A DNA stretch of 63,558 bases, filler included, from Octopus bimaculoides (GCF_001194135.2; 8 parts of 7 records of this genome joined end to end with filler, not necessarily neighbours in it), one strand, 5' to 3'. Counted from the whole stretch's first letter, positions 28,101 through 40,473 are shown. The notes: generated by a model from the sequence alone, not told the origin. Program-made: numbers and translations.

Positions 28101-28235
28101 GATACCAAATTGACAAAACGTTGGAACAAAGAAAAAAGAATAAACAGTATGTCGTCTAAAGAAAATGATAATATAACGAAGAGAAAATTCGTAAATGTGA
28201 AAATTAAAAATGCAGTTAGACACTGGAAGTGATAA

Positions 28236-28973
28236 TGTGTAACGGTTGATGTTTTTGTGAAGGCTGCGATTCTCTTGTTCGGGGTCACCAATTGTAACGG
28301 TTATTGATTGAACGATGAAAATGATCGACATTTTTATAGAAATATTTTATTTACCGTTACTTTCATAGTTGCCATACCACGACGGGTAGGTTAATGTAAT
28401 CGTATAACAGTTTGTATGTAAAGCATACAAGATAGAGAATTTCGGCCTGTATCTGTATGTACACTTTCTCATAGTAGTATTCATATATATAGAAAGATGG
28501 TAGTGTTATAGAGAAAAGGAAATGCTAGTGATAATTATAGCGTGTGCGACGTTGTCTCACAGTGGCTGACAGTAACTTCATTTCTCCCTCTGGCCAAGGT
28601 TGTAGTTGGTCAGCCAGACTTCGTTCTTCTTGAGTCGTCACCGACTGGTGACTAGCCTGTTGAGGCGTCACCGATTGGTGACTAAAGAGAAACTTTGCTT
28701 GGAGGTCTCCTGTTTTTATAGCTATCCAGAAGGGTAGTGAGTGCAAAGGATTTAGCTGGCGGTCTTGTTTATCTCTATTCTAGATGGAGTAGAAGAGGTC
28801 AGAAAGGGTCAAGTGGTGGAGACACCGCTTCGGCCTAGCTAAAGGCGTCTGGGACACATCTAACTGCTGTCAGATTAAAACCGTTGTTCCACCGCGGGAA
28901 AGTTCTGACGCAGTGTTAATTCAAATTTGGGTATAGTGGATCGAATCTACTTCACGCTTGCAAGATTCCTACA
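28236..28973 (-). mobile_element. Nested LTR element remnant: one LTR (28293-28973) plus tRNA-Trp PBS plus the tip of a second LTR
   Basis: The minus strand starts TGTAGG, contains ctataaaaa and aataaa, and ends aataaccgttACA. It is followed by tggtgaccccga (12-nt complement of the tRNA-Trp 3' end), then a second aaccgttaca end. Flanks are gataa/gatat, and it splits the host protease DTGSD|ITI. Confidence 0.8.
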
Positions 28974-29363
28974 GATATTACCATTGTAAATGAAGAAACT
29001 TGGAAGTATGTCGGTAATCCGAAATTAATTAAATCTACAAAAGTCACACGTGATGTTACGGGCAAAAGATTTTGTTGGGGAATTTGTGTGTAATGTAACA
29101 TTTTGAAACCAAATGAAAACGGCAAAAATATATGTGCTAAAAAATTCAGTTAATCTATTCGGTACAGAGTGGAAGGAATTATTTTGGAATACGCCCATAA
29201 GTGTTTTGAGTGGGAATATAGTCGGTTCAGTCGAAGGTTCGAATACGGCTGAGGGACTGAAAGAAAAAATAAAACATTTACTTCCAGATGTTTTCTCAGA
29301 AAACAACTGGGCTGATGTACGGAAACAAAAGCAAAAATTGCAGTAAAACAAAGTGCAACACCT

Positions 29364-29698
29364 GTGTGTTGGTATTCCTTTTTTAGAACTGTATATTGAC
29401 AGTAGTGAGCGATGATCCGTTTGTAGACAGAAACTTCTTCCATGAATAAATCTATAGAATTTTTTTCACACCGAATATGATTGCTAACGCTTTATTTTCT
29501 ATTTGACCGTAGTTCCTTTCGGCTGGTAATAACGATCGTGACGCATGGGTTATAGCCTTTTTACTTCCATCGTCATATTTGTGCAGAAGTATGGCTCCTA
29601 CACCGTAATCGCTTGCATCTGTAGTCAGTATAATATCTAACTTTGGATCAAAATGTGTTGTCTGATGTTAAAATGCTTTTTAACTCGTCAAATGCGTG
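29364..29698 (-). pseudogene. pol: Inverted Gypsy RNase H segment
   Basis: The minus strand reads [64 protein letters not shown]...LQTDHRSLLSIYSSKKGIPTH. Confidence 0.85.
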
Positions 29699-29967
29699 GA
29701 ATGCGGCTGAGGGACTGAAACAAAAGAATAAACCATTTATTTCTAGCTGTTTTCTCAGAGGAAATGGGCTGTTGCACGAAACAAAGGCAAGAATTGCAGT
29801 AAAACTAAGTGCAACACCTGTGTGTTGGTATTCCTTTTTAACGGAACGTACCGTTCACATCAATAGACCAGGTATACAAGGAACTTGAAAGACTTAGAAG
29901 ACAGATCAGTCTAATTGGGCAGTACTTACGTTCTACGTAAAAAGAAAGTGTAGGTTTTTCAACATGT

Positions 29968-30453
29968 TTGAATGATTGCTTAATCTCACATGACTACCCA
30001 TTGCCGAATCTTGTGAAAGTGTTTGCAAAATTGAACGGAGGGAAATTAGACCTCTCGGAGGCATATCTACAAATCCAAGTTGAAGAAGAATGCTCACACT
30101 TATTAACCATTAATACACACTGTGGCTTATTTAAATTTAAGCGACTTCCCTTCGGTGTAAAAGTGACTCCTTCCATATTTCAGCAAATAATGGATACAAT
30201 GCTGGGTGACTGTGATTTTGCTATAGCCTATTTAGACGATATTCTAATAAAAAGTAAATCATATGAACATGTAGAGCACATTAAAAGGGTATTCGAGAAG
30301 ATAAGAGAATACGGTTTCAAGTTAACGGAAGGAAAATGCGAGTTCTTTAGGAAAAAAATTAATTACTTGGACCAGATAATCGATAAAATCAGACGGAAAC
30401 CGGATCCATCCAGAGCAAATGCGATAAAAAAAAAGTATACCCATGCGGAATAA
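29968..30453 (+). pseudogene. pol: Gypsy reverse transcriptase fragment
   Basis: KLDLSEAYLQI...LLTINTHCGLFKFKRLPFGVKVTPSIFQQIMDTML...AYLDDILI. Confidence 0.92.
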
Positions 30454-30673
30454 TGTGACTATGCTACAAGCATTCTTGGGTTCAGTAAATTATTATCAAA
30501 TTTACATTCCCAACATACGTAATGTAAGGGCCTGCTCAATGATCTGTTAAAAAAGAATACAAAATGGTGTTAGACTGATAAGTTCCAAACGGCATTTGAC
30601 GAATTAATAAGCATTTTAACATCGGACTTATCGTTAATGCATTTTGACCCAAAGTTAGATACTATGGTCAAAC

Positions 30674-31448
30674 TAAAGGGTTTGACCCAATGGGAAATAG
30701 AAAAATAAAATATTCTAATTGATGTAAAACAATTTGCTGCGAACGAATATGAAGAAAAAAATGCACGCTCGCGAAGGGGTGGGGAGGCCTCGGAACATTC
30801 ACATCGTCACATATCGTCATTCCATGGCCTCTGAATTATAATGTTTGACCCGGTGACAAAAAATTTTTTTAAATAGTCTAATAGGTGTCAAACAACTTGC
30901 TGGGAACGAATATGAAGGAAAAAACGCGCGCTCGCGAACGGGGGAGGAGAGCTCGGAACATTCACATCGTCACACACTCACAGACACACACTCGCGCGCG
31001 CACATACACACACACACAAAGAGAAATGGTTGTTTCACTGCAACATTTAAATCTCATTTCAATGTCAATATTTTCGTTGCTTTGAAACCGAGACTTATTC
31101 ACTGACAAAAGAGATGCAACACGAGTTTTTGTCAGGCATTTATTTGCCATGGTTTGAAAGAACGAAAATATTTAGACACAAAGGAAATTGAAATTTTGTA
31201 GTGAAAGTAACGGCTTTGTTGTTCTGGAATTGCTTACAAACATCTTACACTCTGCAAATTCTCTCGAATATTCAACATTACCCTGCCCCTAATTACAAAA
31301 CTTGCCACTCATTTTCAATTTTTTAAATTCTTTATGCAGACACTTCGTGTTATTAAAACAAATTGTCTTTAACATACCTTTATATTGTTATGTTATAGAA
31401 ATAATTATAACCTGTGTGTTGCACATTTCTTGACTACAAACAGCTAGT
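30674..31448. mobile_element. Possible non-autonomous Helitron-like element with a ~90-bp internal direct repeat
   Basis: A direct repeat lies at 30724-30810 and 30886-30972. The segment ends acctgtgtgttgcaca...cagctagt, a degenerate hairpin plus CTAG|T. Confidence 0.3.
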
Positions 31449-31769
31449 CCATTCTTTGCGTATAAATAAGTCCATTTATTAGTTATAAACAAGTCCATGT
31501 TATGCAGATCTGGTAGGGTTATATGTATAAGTACCTCTACACAAAACCCCAACAGTTCATCTCTCGTGACTTCTCAACCTTCAGAACTTCCACTGTATCC
31601 CTGCAGTTATAAATAATGGCTGTAACCAGCCATTCTGAGTCTATTTCAGGAGGCACTCAGCCAGTCCTCACTCGTGCGGCTCTACTTCCACGATAGGTAG
31701 GCAAAAGTGTCCACCTAGCCCTTCTTAAGGGTACAGAGGAGTGTTTTTTTTTATTCCTCCTCACATGAA

Positions 31770-32248
31770 AGTAAGCAGTCCTTCAGGTTGGTAGCTGCCT
31801 ATGCTCCTAACGGACACGGGCAGTCGGATTTTTTTCGGAACCTGGAGTACTTTTATTGACGTCTAAAACCATAGTTTTGCTAGGGGGCTTCAACACTATT
31901 CTCGATGCGCGCGTCGATAGTGTAGGCTCCACCGATAGGAAAGGGAATCCTTGCCTCAAGGGTCTACTAGAGAGCGTTAATCTAGTAGACCGCTACCGAC
32001 TGGATGAGCCGAGCGTTCCACAGTGGACGTGGAGTAATAACGACGGCTCACTCAGATCGTACATAGACAGAATTTTTGTTAAGGAAAGAGATAAGCATAG
32101 CTTTAGCTGTCCACATGTTTGTATTGTGCCTTACTCGGATCATAAACTTGTGACGTGCATATAGTTAAGTGCCATAGACAGGGACCCGGGTATTGGAAAA
32201 TGAACAAGTCTATTTTGACTTGTGTAGCTTTCCGTACCCGGATTAAGG
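31770..32248 (+). mobile_element. L1/Tx1-clade LINE AP-endonuclease fragment
   Basis: FRLVAAYAPNG...VLLGGFNTILD...LVDRYRL...WTW...RSYIDRIFV...YSDHKLV...GPGYWKMNKSIL. Truncated by a gap. Confidence 0.85.
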
Positions 32249-32348
32249 NNNNNNNNNNNNNNNNNNNNNNNNNNNNNNNNNNNNNNNNNNNNTTAATTAA
32301 TTAANNNNNNNNNNNNNNNNNNNNNNNNNNNNNNNNNNNNNNNNNNNN

Positions 32349-32391
<43 letters not shown>

Positions 32392-32953
32392 GAGAAAGTA
32401 ATTGGTAGATAAATGAATGGATTGAACACACAGTCAACCACTTTCTGTCATTTATATACCAGATTATGTATCTATATATGTGTGCCTGTGTGTTTATTTA
32501 TGTGTTTGCATCTGTGTTATGTGATGCCCCATCAAGGACCTACTGTTCATGTCTTAATGAAACAAAGTAAGCAGCTGAAACAAAGTAAACATTAACGTAT
32601 GTGTGCATATATACATAAATGTATGTATATCAACACTCAGAAACACACTCATCTACGTATATTCAATAAATGAAACTCGGTATAACTTTACCTTGAATTA
32701 TATTCGCTTTATTAATACGGGTGGATTAATCATTAAGTAAATATATTTTACCAAAGCACATTTTCTCATGCTCTGTAGGAAGCAATGTTTGGTACCAAAA
32801 CATTATTATATTTGGCATTTGAACCTAAATCTATATATACAACGCTTAAATATTGCCCTATATATGTCCTAAGTGTTTGAGAAAATATCTAAAGTACACA
32901 TAATGATGAAGCTACTTTAGTTTAACAATGTTGGATTTGTGTTTTCAATATAC

Positions 32954-33051
32954 TGTTTTGTTTTAGCTGAGCGTCTACTGACAATTTGTGCAACAGTTCT
33001 CGAATAAATTTAGAAGTAATTAAACCAAATTGAATTGGAATATTGCTGTTT
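32954..33051 (-). CDS. Candidate exon (phase 2 to 1), unidentified
   Basis: Acceptor aatctcttattgtag and a weak donor ACA|gtatat. Open frame NSNIPIQFGLITSKFIRELLHKLSVDAQLKQN. Confidence 0.2.
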
Positions 33052-33282
33052 CTACAATAAGAGATTTATTTCAGCAAGTTGTATAGAGACTGTGTTAAAC
33101 TAAAATAGTCAAAGCGTAGACCAATAAAATTTAATATTATCTGGACGCTTTGATAATTTCAAATAGAAAATATTTATAATTTTAGATTACATGTAGGAGT
33201 CTGTCGTCTTGGTTCGACTGTCATTTGTATATTTTACATTGATATTGCGGAGCAGTACAATTTAAGCCTAGGTCGACCTGGC

Positions 33283-33385
33283 TTTGGGAATGGTTTAAAT
33301 AAGTACCAGTTGAGCACTGGAGTCAATGTATTGGAATTATCTCCTCTCCAAAATTGCTGGCCTTGTGTAAAAATTTGAAACCAAT
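33283..33385 (+). mobile_element. SINE family A 3' fragment
   Basis: aataagtaccagttgagcactggagtcaatg...ctggccttgtgtaaaaatttgaaacc. Confidence 0.75.
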
Positions 33386-34751
33386 ATCACGGAACAGCAT
33401 CAGATGCGCCGAAACGATATCGTGCGTTAAATGGTGCAGTAGATATGTATATTCCGTATAGTAGTACTGCTCCATGGTTCAACCTATTCTTCCGATAAAT
33501 AAGAACTGTTGAATTATCAAGCTCACTACTTTATATACACAGTCTGTTGTTTTATGAAACCTATTAATGTGAATCAGCTGCAAATTTCAACTGCCAGTAC
33601 ACTAGTTATGTTTACATTATATTCACTCATGTATTTTGTTACGAAGAAGACAATTTAAGGAAATATATTATTCTATGTTTTCATACTCTGTTTCTGTCAC
33701 TCCGTCTTCTTCTCCTTCATATTTACGTCGTATATAATTGCATGGGTGGACGCGGAATTGTTACTTCTAATGTAAGTACTTCTGCATAAAACACTTTTGA
33801 CGCCAATAATACGATAGTATACGAGAATGGAAAATAGAAATCTGTAATGTACGGGCTCCAAATTCATTTGGTGGATGTCACATTATACAGGGCAGCGCAA
33901 GAAGAAGTAGCACGGGTCTAGTACCATAGTGTAAATAAAGAAATAAATTTGCACACACAAAAAAGCACCCAGCCTTTCGTTTATTATTTCCACTGCTTTT
34001 CAGTGCTGAAAAATGATGCCTCACCACTCCACTGTTTACTATGTTATCCTCACTGTACCTCATCATATTAGTTGATTGTAAGACTGCATTCAGTGACCAT
34101 CTCTAGCCTTTTCTGTAAGATGACGAAGTCAATAGTGGAAAGAGTTGAGATTGTAGAAGCGAAACGGAGAACGGTTTCTGTTAATCAAACGTGTCAAAGC
34201 TTTTGAGGTCCAGTTCCCGAGAAAATGCTTAACTTCAAAGAGAACGTTAAGAACGTAAATGAAAAAGTAGCGCACCTCAGGTCAGTGCACAACTCTCCAA
34301 GCAAAGAAACACTATCTTTCTGATGCCGGAAGTTATTCAGAACATTCACCAAAGGATGGCTCAAAGTCGAAAGACAGCCTCACATACACAGCAGTTTCAA
34401 ATAAGCAGGAAGTCCCGCCAACGAAAATCCAAAAGTAATAATTTGAAGCCATGCATGTGGCTATTTTACTTTGGATACGATTGGTTACATTCTTGGTTTG
34501 TCTTGAAAATTCATATTCATAAGCGTTTTAACATTACAGTTTAGAAACCTTTCGTATAGAGTCGGGTGTTTAATAAGTTGATGTTAATACTTGATGAAAA
34601 AGGAAAAATTTGAAGCGTATTTCACCTTACGTATAGCAAATTTCTACCAGCGAAACAGTAATATATATGTGTGTGCGCGCGCACGAGTTTGTGTGTGTGT
34701 ATCTATAAAATATATCTATATATCTATATACTTATATATATATATGCATAC

Positions 34752-34804
<53 letters not shown>

Positions 34805-34929
34805 CGTGTGTGTATACACATATATGTATATATATGCAAATTTATGCCGTCATTTTGAGACTTCATGACTTTTGTGAAGTTCTTTTTTTTTATTTTTTGC
34901 CATTTGTTCGTCTATTATCTTAATAGTTC

Positions 34930-35219
34930 TTAATAGACGTCGACAGAGCTGAGTAGCCGTTATCTTCGCCCGACGACATATTTACTAGGCCGACCATCCT
35001 CTACGTGGAGGGAAAGGGTAAATAGCCTACCGTAAGGCAGTAAAACAAATTCACAGAGTGTTCAAGGAACACTAAACAAACACTCAAAAGCAAAACAACA
35101 GCAATTCTAACTTACGATATCGAAGACCAAACTACGGGCTGCCGACTACGTTAGACCGCTACTATTTATATATAGTGGTCCCGTCTATTCTCGTCAGAGG
35201 TTGTCGTACTCTCGCTACA
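34930..35219 (-). mobile_element. Possible LTR fragment
   Basis: The minus strand begins TGTAGCG and contains a tatatataaatag TATA-like motif. It is GC-richer than its flanks and abuts a truncated SINE. No CA end or TSD was found. Confidence 0.3.
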
Positions 35220-35220
35220 G

Positions 35221-35410
35221 CAGTTTGTCCCCAGCTATTGCTTGACAACCGATGCTGGTGCATTTACCCCCCTGTAACTTGGCGGTCCGGAAAAAGAGAC
35301 CGATACAATAAGTACTAGGCTTACAAAGAATAAGTCCTGGGTTCGATTTGTTCGACTAAAGGTGGTTCTCCAGTATGGCTGCAGTCAAATGAATGAAAGA
35401 AGTAAAAGAA
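35221..35410 (+). mobile_element. SINE family B, 3' half
   Basis: gcttgacaaccgatgctggtg...gtaacttggcggtccgg...gaccgatacaataagtactaggcttacaaagaataagtcctggg...gactaaaggtggttctccag. Confidence 0.85.
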
Positions 35411-35429
35411 TAAATGATTAGAAGAAAAC

Positions 35430-35463
<34 letters not shown>

Positions 35464-36329
35464 AGAGAGAGGGGGGAAGTTAAATCTCAAATTATGATTC
35501 CAAAATTCTTAAATAGACCTGGTCTGCTAAACAGGTAACGTTCAAAAATGAATTTTCATAAAATGAACATAAAATGAAATAGTATAATTACATGCGTCTC
35601 TATGGATATCGAATAAATAATTAAATAACATAACATATTGGCTGTATGTAAAAAGAAATATTTGATTGGTTTTATACGAAAAAAGCGACTAGAAATTAAA
35701 TGAACTTCTAAATCAACTAATATAAAATAAATCGATTTTACTTAATGATACAATAACGATAAAAAGAAGAGCATGCTGCAAATATCTTTTCGGTCAAAAA
35801 CGGTCTCGTATGCGACACAGAGAAAGAAATAACGGCACGAAATTCATGAAGTGAAATGTACAAAAAGAAAGAAAAATCAGAAAATTCAGGTTGGAATATA
35901 TTCATGGCTCACTTCACTTATGAAAATTACATAGGAAATGCATTCTGAAATCTTATCGATATTTTTCTCACTGTGAAGTACACTAGCTTCTAGATTTTTT
36001 TACTCTCTGACATGTTACTTTCATTATTTTCTATTTTAAATTTTATTTTAGTTAAGCGTCAATGCCTTTTTGTGAATGGTCTAAGAATCCTTTAGTAAAT
36101 ATAATTGAATTGCATTCTTGTTTTTAAATACGTATTTCAAATTATTCATTTAATTATTTATGAAATGTTTGTAGTTGCGTTTTTGTATACAACAAAAAAC
36201 ACAAACACGCATATATATTTGCATGTGTAAACTTGTGTTTTTCACATACGTACTAATCTTCAATTAATGTTCATCAAGTACAAGAGTAAAGATCACTAGA
36301 TTTTTTTTCTTTCTTTTTAACTTATAGCT

Positions 36330-36900
36330 AGACTACCGACATGTCATTTTCGTCTATGTGTACAACAATCTAAGCATCGTTTGCATTCTAAAGTTCTTTT
36401 ATTGGAGGCAAGCAGTTCTTGTTTTACTATTGAAATGCTATAAATCGAAAATCTTTCCTGAACTTCGAAAACTTATTCTAACACCATTGTCACAGTTTTG
36501 AAAGAGCAGTGTAGTTAAATATATTGAGAACAATGTTTGTGCTAGAATATTGCTTTGTTTTATTTCATTGTTTATTGCAATATAATCTGAAAGCTCTCCA
36601 TTAAAGTCATTCTTGGTTTTCAGATTGCATGTACTTCTTTAACCATGGCACAAATTTCCATGGGCAACCAGATTTGGGAACGATCGCTCACAAGGCTTGC
36701 TTGATGTTCAGCAGAATTTTACTGAAGATTCCTAGCTCATAAAATCATGTTCATTGTTTTTAATAGGACAAATGTCATGCATTAGACACTTTAACGTTAC
36801 CCCTGAGAAGGCTAACAGTTGTATCTGGTCATGGGGAATCAGAGGTTCCCTCACTCCCAACAAGCAACTATTCCTCTATGTACTGCAGCCATTATATTGT
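36330..36900 (-). mobile_element. RTE-clade (BovB-like) LINE reverse transcriptase fragment
   Basis: The minus strand reads GCPWKFV...FNGELSDYIAINNEIKQSNILAQTLFSIY...CDNGVRISFRSSGKIFDL, a decayed GVKQG/LAPTLF motif plus the RTE-typical RSSGKLFNL. Confidence 0.72.
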
Positions 36901-36972
36901 TGTCACTTGCTCTCAAGACTCCTGTGGTTATTCAATCTATGCCTAGAGGCTTACGTAATAGAGGTTTAAGTA

Positions 36973-37005
<33 letters not shown>

Positions 37006-37284
37006 CACGAACATATGAATGTATGCATCTGCGTGATTGTGTGTGTGTGTGTGTGTGTGATTGTTTAAATATAAGATGTATGACAGTTCAAATTGATGCA
37101 TTAAATATAATGGAATGCTATTATGATAGTTGAAGAATTTAGCATAACAGTGTAAATGTGCTGATTTGCCGTATTTCAATGGTAAAGAGGAGACTTATTT
37201 TTAAATAACAATTGATGAGAAAAGCAAGTTGATTAATTTCGATTAAAATAGTAATGTATAGACATATGTAAATTAGCTGCTCTG

Positions 37285-37335
37285 CTATGCTGGAAAACGT
37301 CCCAAAAGAAGTGTTTTCAAAATACTTTTAGTCGC
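37285..37335 (-). CDS. Candidate terminal exon (phase 0), unidentified gene
   Basis: Branch-like actaat plus a cttcacag acceptor. Reads ATKSILKTLLLGRFPA*, in frame with the 37489 donor (153-nt intron). Confidence 0.3.
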   Translation of the reverse strand, partial: ATKSILKTLLLGRFPA

Positions 37336-37488
37336 CTGTGAAGATTAGTTTCGATATCATGTCCATTGTGATTTAAATGTAATTTCGATTGCAATTATAG
37401 AAATTATCAAATCGCGACTCATTTTGTTTTTCATTCTTGTAGAATGTCGTCTGCAGGCATTATATAATTTAAAGGTACTGTATCTTAC

Positions 37489-37597
37489 CGAGTTACTGAC
37501 AAAGTCATCGACAGTCTGCATCAGAATATTTCGATATGTTGTAACCATGGCTCCACTATTTGCTTTAGCGAGTAATATCAGTTTGTTATATATAGAC
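37489..37597 (-). CDS. Candidate exon (phase 2 to 0), unidentified gene
   Basis: Acceptor tttacttacaag (AAG, uncommon) and donor TCG|gtaaga. Reads SIYNKLILLAKANSGAMVTTYRNILMQTVDDFVSNS. Confidence 0.35.
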
Positions 37598-38904
37598 CTT
37601 GTAAGTAAATGCAATATTATTCTTACCAATGCGAATATGTGTATAATGCGTGTTTCCTGTTTATGACAATCTCTTATGAATAACAGTCCTGCCAACGTCA
37701 CTAGAATAGATTCAATATCTCTCTGTGTAATGCAGAAGTACAGAATAGCAAAATTTGGATCCGAAAGTACAATCTAGAAATATAAAATCAAATTTTGCTC
37801 ATTATACAACAAAGTGCTCTACACAGTTATCAGCTGACTGTAACGAAACCGTATTCTTCTTTCAACACAGCAACTCGCTCGTTGCAACACTACTCCCTCC
37901 TCGTTAGAATAAAACAGCTGACTTCGACAAAATTATTCGCTAGTTGCAACACAAACATTTGGATAAATATGATCACACCCGTTTATCATGAAATGACCTT
38001 TTCAGTCATTCACTTCTCCCAGGCGGAAATGTATCACGACGGAGTCAATCAAGTTCTATGTGTTGTTCCGGTCGTTACCAATGTTGATATTTTCTTCTTG
38101 TTATGCAATAGGTCAAATTTTGTGATGAGAAAAACAACTGTATGTGCAATAATTAAACTAAACTTCTATGTTGTTTTGGGTTGCTAATCGCTTAACATCT
38201 TGATTTAATTGTCCCTATTCATTTCTTAGTACTTATAAAACGTTTCAAATTTGAGAATAATACCTTTCGTATATTTTGAAAGAATATCTATTTGTTGAAG
38301 TCAAATTCATGTGATACAGTATATTACTGGAACGTATTCTATCGGAGAAGTTACTTTAAAGAATAACGACTCAGACTACATGAAGGGTAATGTTAAATGT
38401 AAAACAAAAACCCCAGAAAAATTAAATACATTTATGCCTTTTAAGTCAAGCTGCAGCAATCACATCTTTGCAGTATTTGAAGGAATTACAAATAGTGAAT
38501 ATTCTATTTAACGTGAAAAGTATAATTATAATACAGTCAAACATTTTATATTACTGCTACAATGTCAACCCGATTATAAATATAATAGGAACATAAACAG
38601 GTACTCTCTCGCCTTATTCAGGTTTCTTCTCATGAGAATTGGACATTTTCATCTTTGTGAACCGGCCCAGTAAAGTATAGTTACAAACAGTCGTGACCGC
38701 TTTTGTGGTATATATTCTTAACTGAAAAAAATGTGTTTCTAACATTTTATTCTGAAATAATATTACCTACCTTGTCAATATCTACAATTAATTTTACCCT
38801 GATTTTGCTATTTTGCATAGAAGACTTCTCTTTTACTCATTTCTAAAATTACTTTATCGTGAATAGATTCGTTATTCTATACAAACATGTTGGAACATCA
38901 AGAA

Positions 38905-39095
38905 TTACAAATTTGATTGTCCCCCATCACCGTTTGACAAACGGTCCTGGTGTGTTTACATCTCCTTAAAATAACAGTTCGGCAAAATAGCCCGAGACAA
39001 TAAGTACCGAGCTTTAAAATATAAGTACTGACTAAAAATATTCTCCAAGGTGCTGCCCCTGAATGGAAGTAAATTGAAAGAAGTAAAAAGGAACA
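38905..39095 (+). mobile_element. SINE family B, 3' half
   Basis: ttgtcccccatcaccgtttgacaaacgg...gttcggcaaaatagcccgagacaataagtacc...ctccaaggtgctgcccc. Confidence 0.75.
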
Positions 39096-39176
39096 GAAAT
39101 GAGGAAAGAAAAACATTAATCAGTGCAATTTAAAGAACTGATATAGATTTTAACTCCAATACACTGTATTACTTAC

Positions 39177-39284
39177 CTCGAGCTTAAGATGTAGCAGAGT
39201 CTGTTAGAAACAACCGCAAAATTCTCCATCATACAATTTATATCTTCAAACGAAACATCAAATTCGGTGACTCTGCGCAGCCAT
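39177..39284 (-). CDS. Candidate exon (108 nt, phase 2 to 2), unidentified gene
   Basis: Strong donor GAG|gtaagt and an AAG acceptor preceded by an in-frame stop. Reads WLRRVTEFDVSFEDINCMMENFAVVSNRLCYILSS(R) and is phase-compatible with 37597. Confidence 0.35.
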
Positions 39285-39780
39285 CTTTATTTGAAAATAT
39301 TACGCATGTTTCAGGGCTGAAACATGTTGATTATAGGTCTTCATTTTACACAGAGACACATATGGCGATACACATCCATACACACAGACACAGTACATAG
39401 TCACCCCAAACGCACACACACTCCGACATGCACACACAAGGAGACAGATGTACACACACGGACATGCACAAACTACACACACGCATATAAAACCACACAA
39501 ACACGTGAATTTGCAGAATACATACATACAAATGTACACACATACATACATATGTACATACCCACACATACATACATACATGAATACACACACTTACATG
39601 AATGCAAATATACATATATAGATACACGCATGTGTATGGGCACACACACTAACCCACACACATGGGCACAAACAAAAAGAACGGAGTTCTATATTTAAGA
39701 GATGAGGAATTAAGTACATTATTTCCATTATTTCCATTATTTACATTTGACGGATATTTGTTCTCATCTTGTTTGTTGTT

Positions 39781-39829
39781 AACACAACGTTTCGGCTGAT
39801 ATACTCTTCCTGTCTTCACCAGGTGTGTT
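39781..39829 (-). ncRNA. Degenerate minimal type I hammerhead ribozyme (left arm)
   Basis: acac CUGGUGA a..cagcc GAAA cg UU gugu: stem I acac/gugu, core CUGAUGA with A6G, and a palindromic AACGUU stem III. Confidence 0.65.
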
Positions 39830-40088
39830 GGGGAAACTTCGAACATGGGTTCTCATTCCGAAGGTATTTTTCGATGCTATTATTATTATTGTTGTTGCAG
39901 TTATTGTTATTGTTTTTTTCTTCTTCTTCTTCTTCTTCTTCTTCTTCTTCTTCTTCTTCTTCTTCTTCTTCTTCTTCTTCTTCTTCTTCTTCTTCTTCTT
40001 CTTCTTCTTCATCTTCTTCTTCTTCTTCTTCTTCTTCTTCTTCTTCTTCTTCTTCTTCTCCTTCATCATCATCATCATCATCATCATT

Positions 40089-40141
<53 letters not shown>

Positions 40142-40166
40142 TATTATTATTATTATTATTATTGTT

Positions 40167-40229
40167 CCTGGAATCAAACTCGGAATCTCGGTGTTAGTAG
40201 CCCGCGCTCTTAGCCACTACGCCATTTGC
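40167..40229 (-). promoter_or_regulatory. tRNA-like Pol III head (A box tggcgtagtgg, B box gagtttgattcc)
   Basis: A-box and B-box consensus with tRNA-like spacing and an anticodon-like loop ctactaa. There is no intact acceptor stem, so it is not a tRNA gene. Confidence 0.75.
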
Positions 40230-40235
40230 ATGTGG

Positions 40236-40308
40236 GCATATGGCATAGCGGTTAAGAGCGCCAGCTACTAATCCCAAGATTCCGAGTTCGATTTCAAGCA
40301 GCGACCTG
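40236..40308 (+). promoter_or_regulatory. tRNA-like Pol III head (A box tggcatagcgg, B box gagttcgattt)
   Basis: Inverted homolog of 40167-40229. Confidence 0.75.
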
Positions 40309-40425
40309 AATAATAATAACAGCAACAACAACAACAACAACAACAACGACGACGACGACGACGACGACGATGATGATGATGATGATGATGATGATGATNN
40401 NNNNNNNNACGACGACGACGACGAC

Positions 40426-40473
<48 letters not shown>

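Larger units (their letters stand above)
26915..30663 (+). mobile_element. Decayed Ty3/Gypsy LTR retrotransposon (K02A2.6-like gag-pol), rearranged
   Basis: PBS tggtgacgagga at 27099-27110 is an 11/12 match to the complement of the tRNA-Ser(GCT) 3' end. Also present: gag, CCHC knuckle, protease QLDTGSD|ITIVNEETW, RT with LPFG and YLDD, and RNase H pieces. Confidence 0.9.

Noticed and set aside
32690-32775. Minus-strand exon with good acceptor and donor
   Set aside because: All three frames hit a stop before the donor.
37443-37600. Plus-strand exon (strong acceptor, CTT|gtaagt donor, open frame CRLQALYNLK...)
   Set aside because: The peptide looks like random AT-rich translation and I found no compatible neighbouring plus-strand exon. 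The overlapping minus-strand reading fits better, but this one is not excluded without RNA data.
40167-40308. Two tRNA genes
   Set aside because: A/B boxes and an anticodon-like loop are present but there is no intact acceptor stem. Both are embedded in a repeat, so they are SINE heads.
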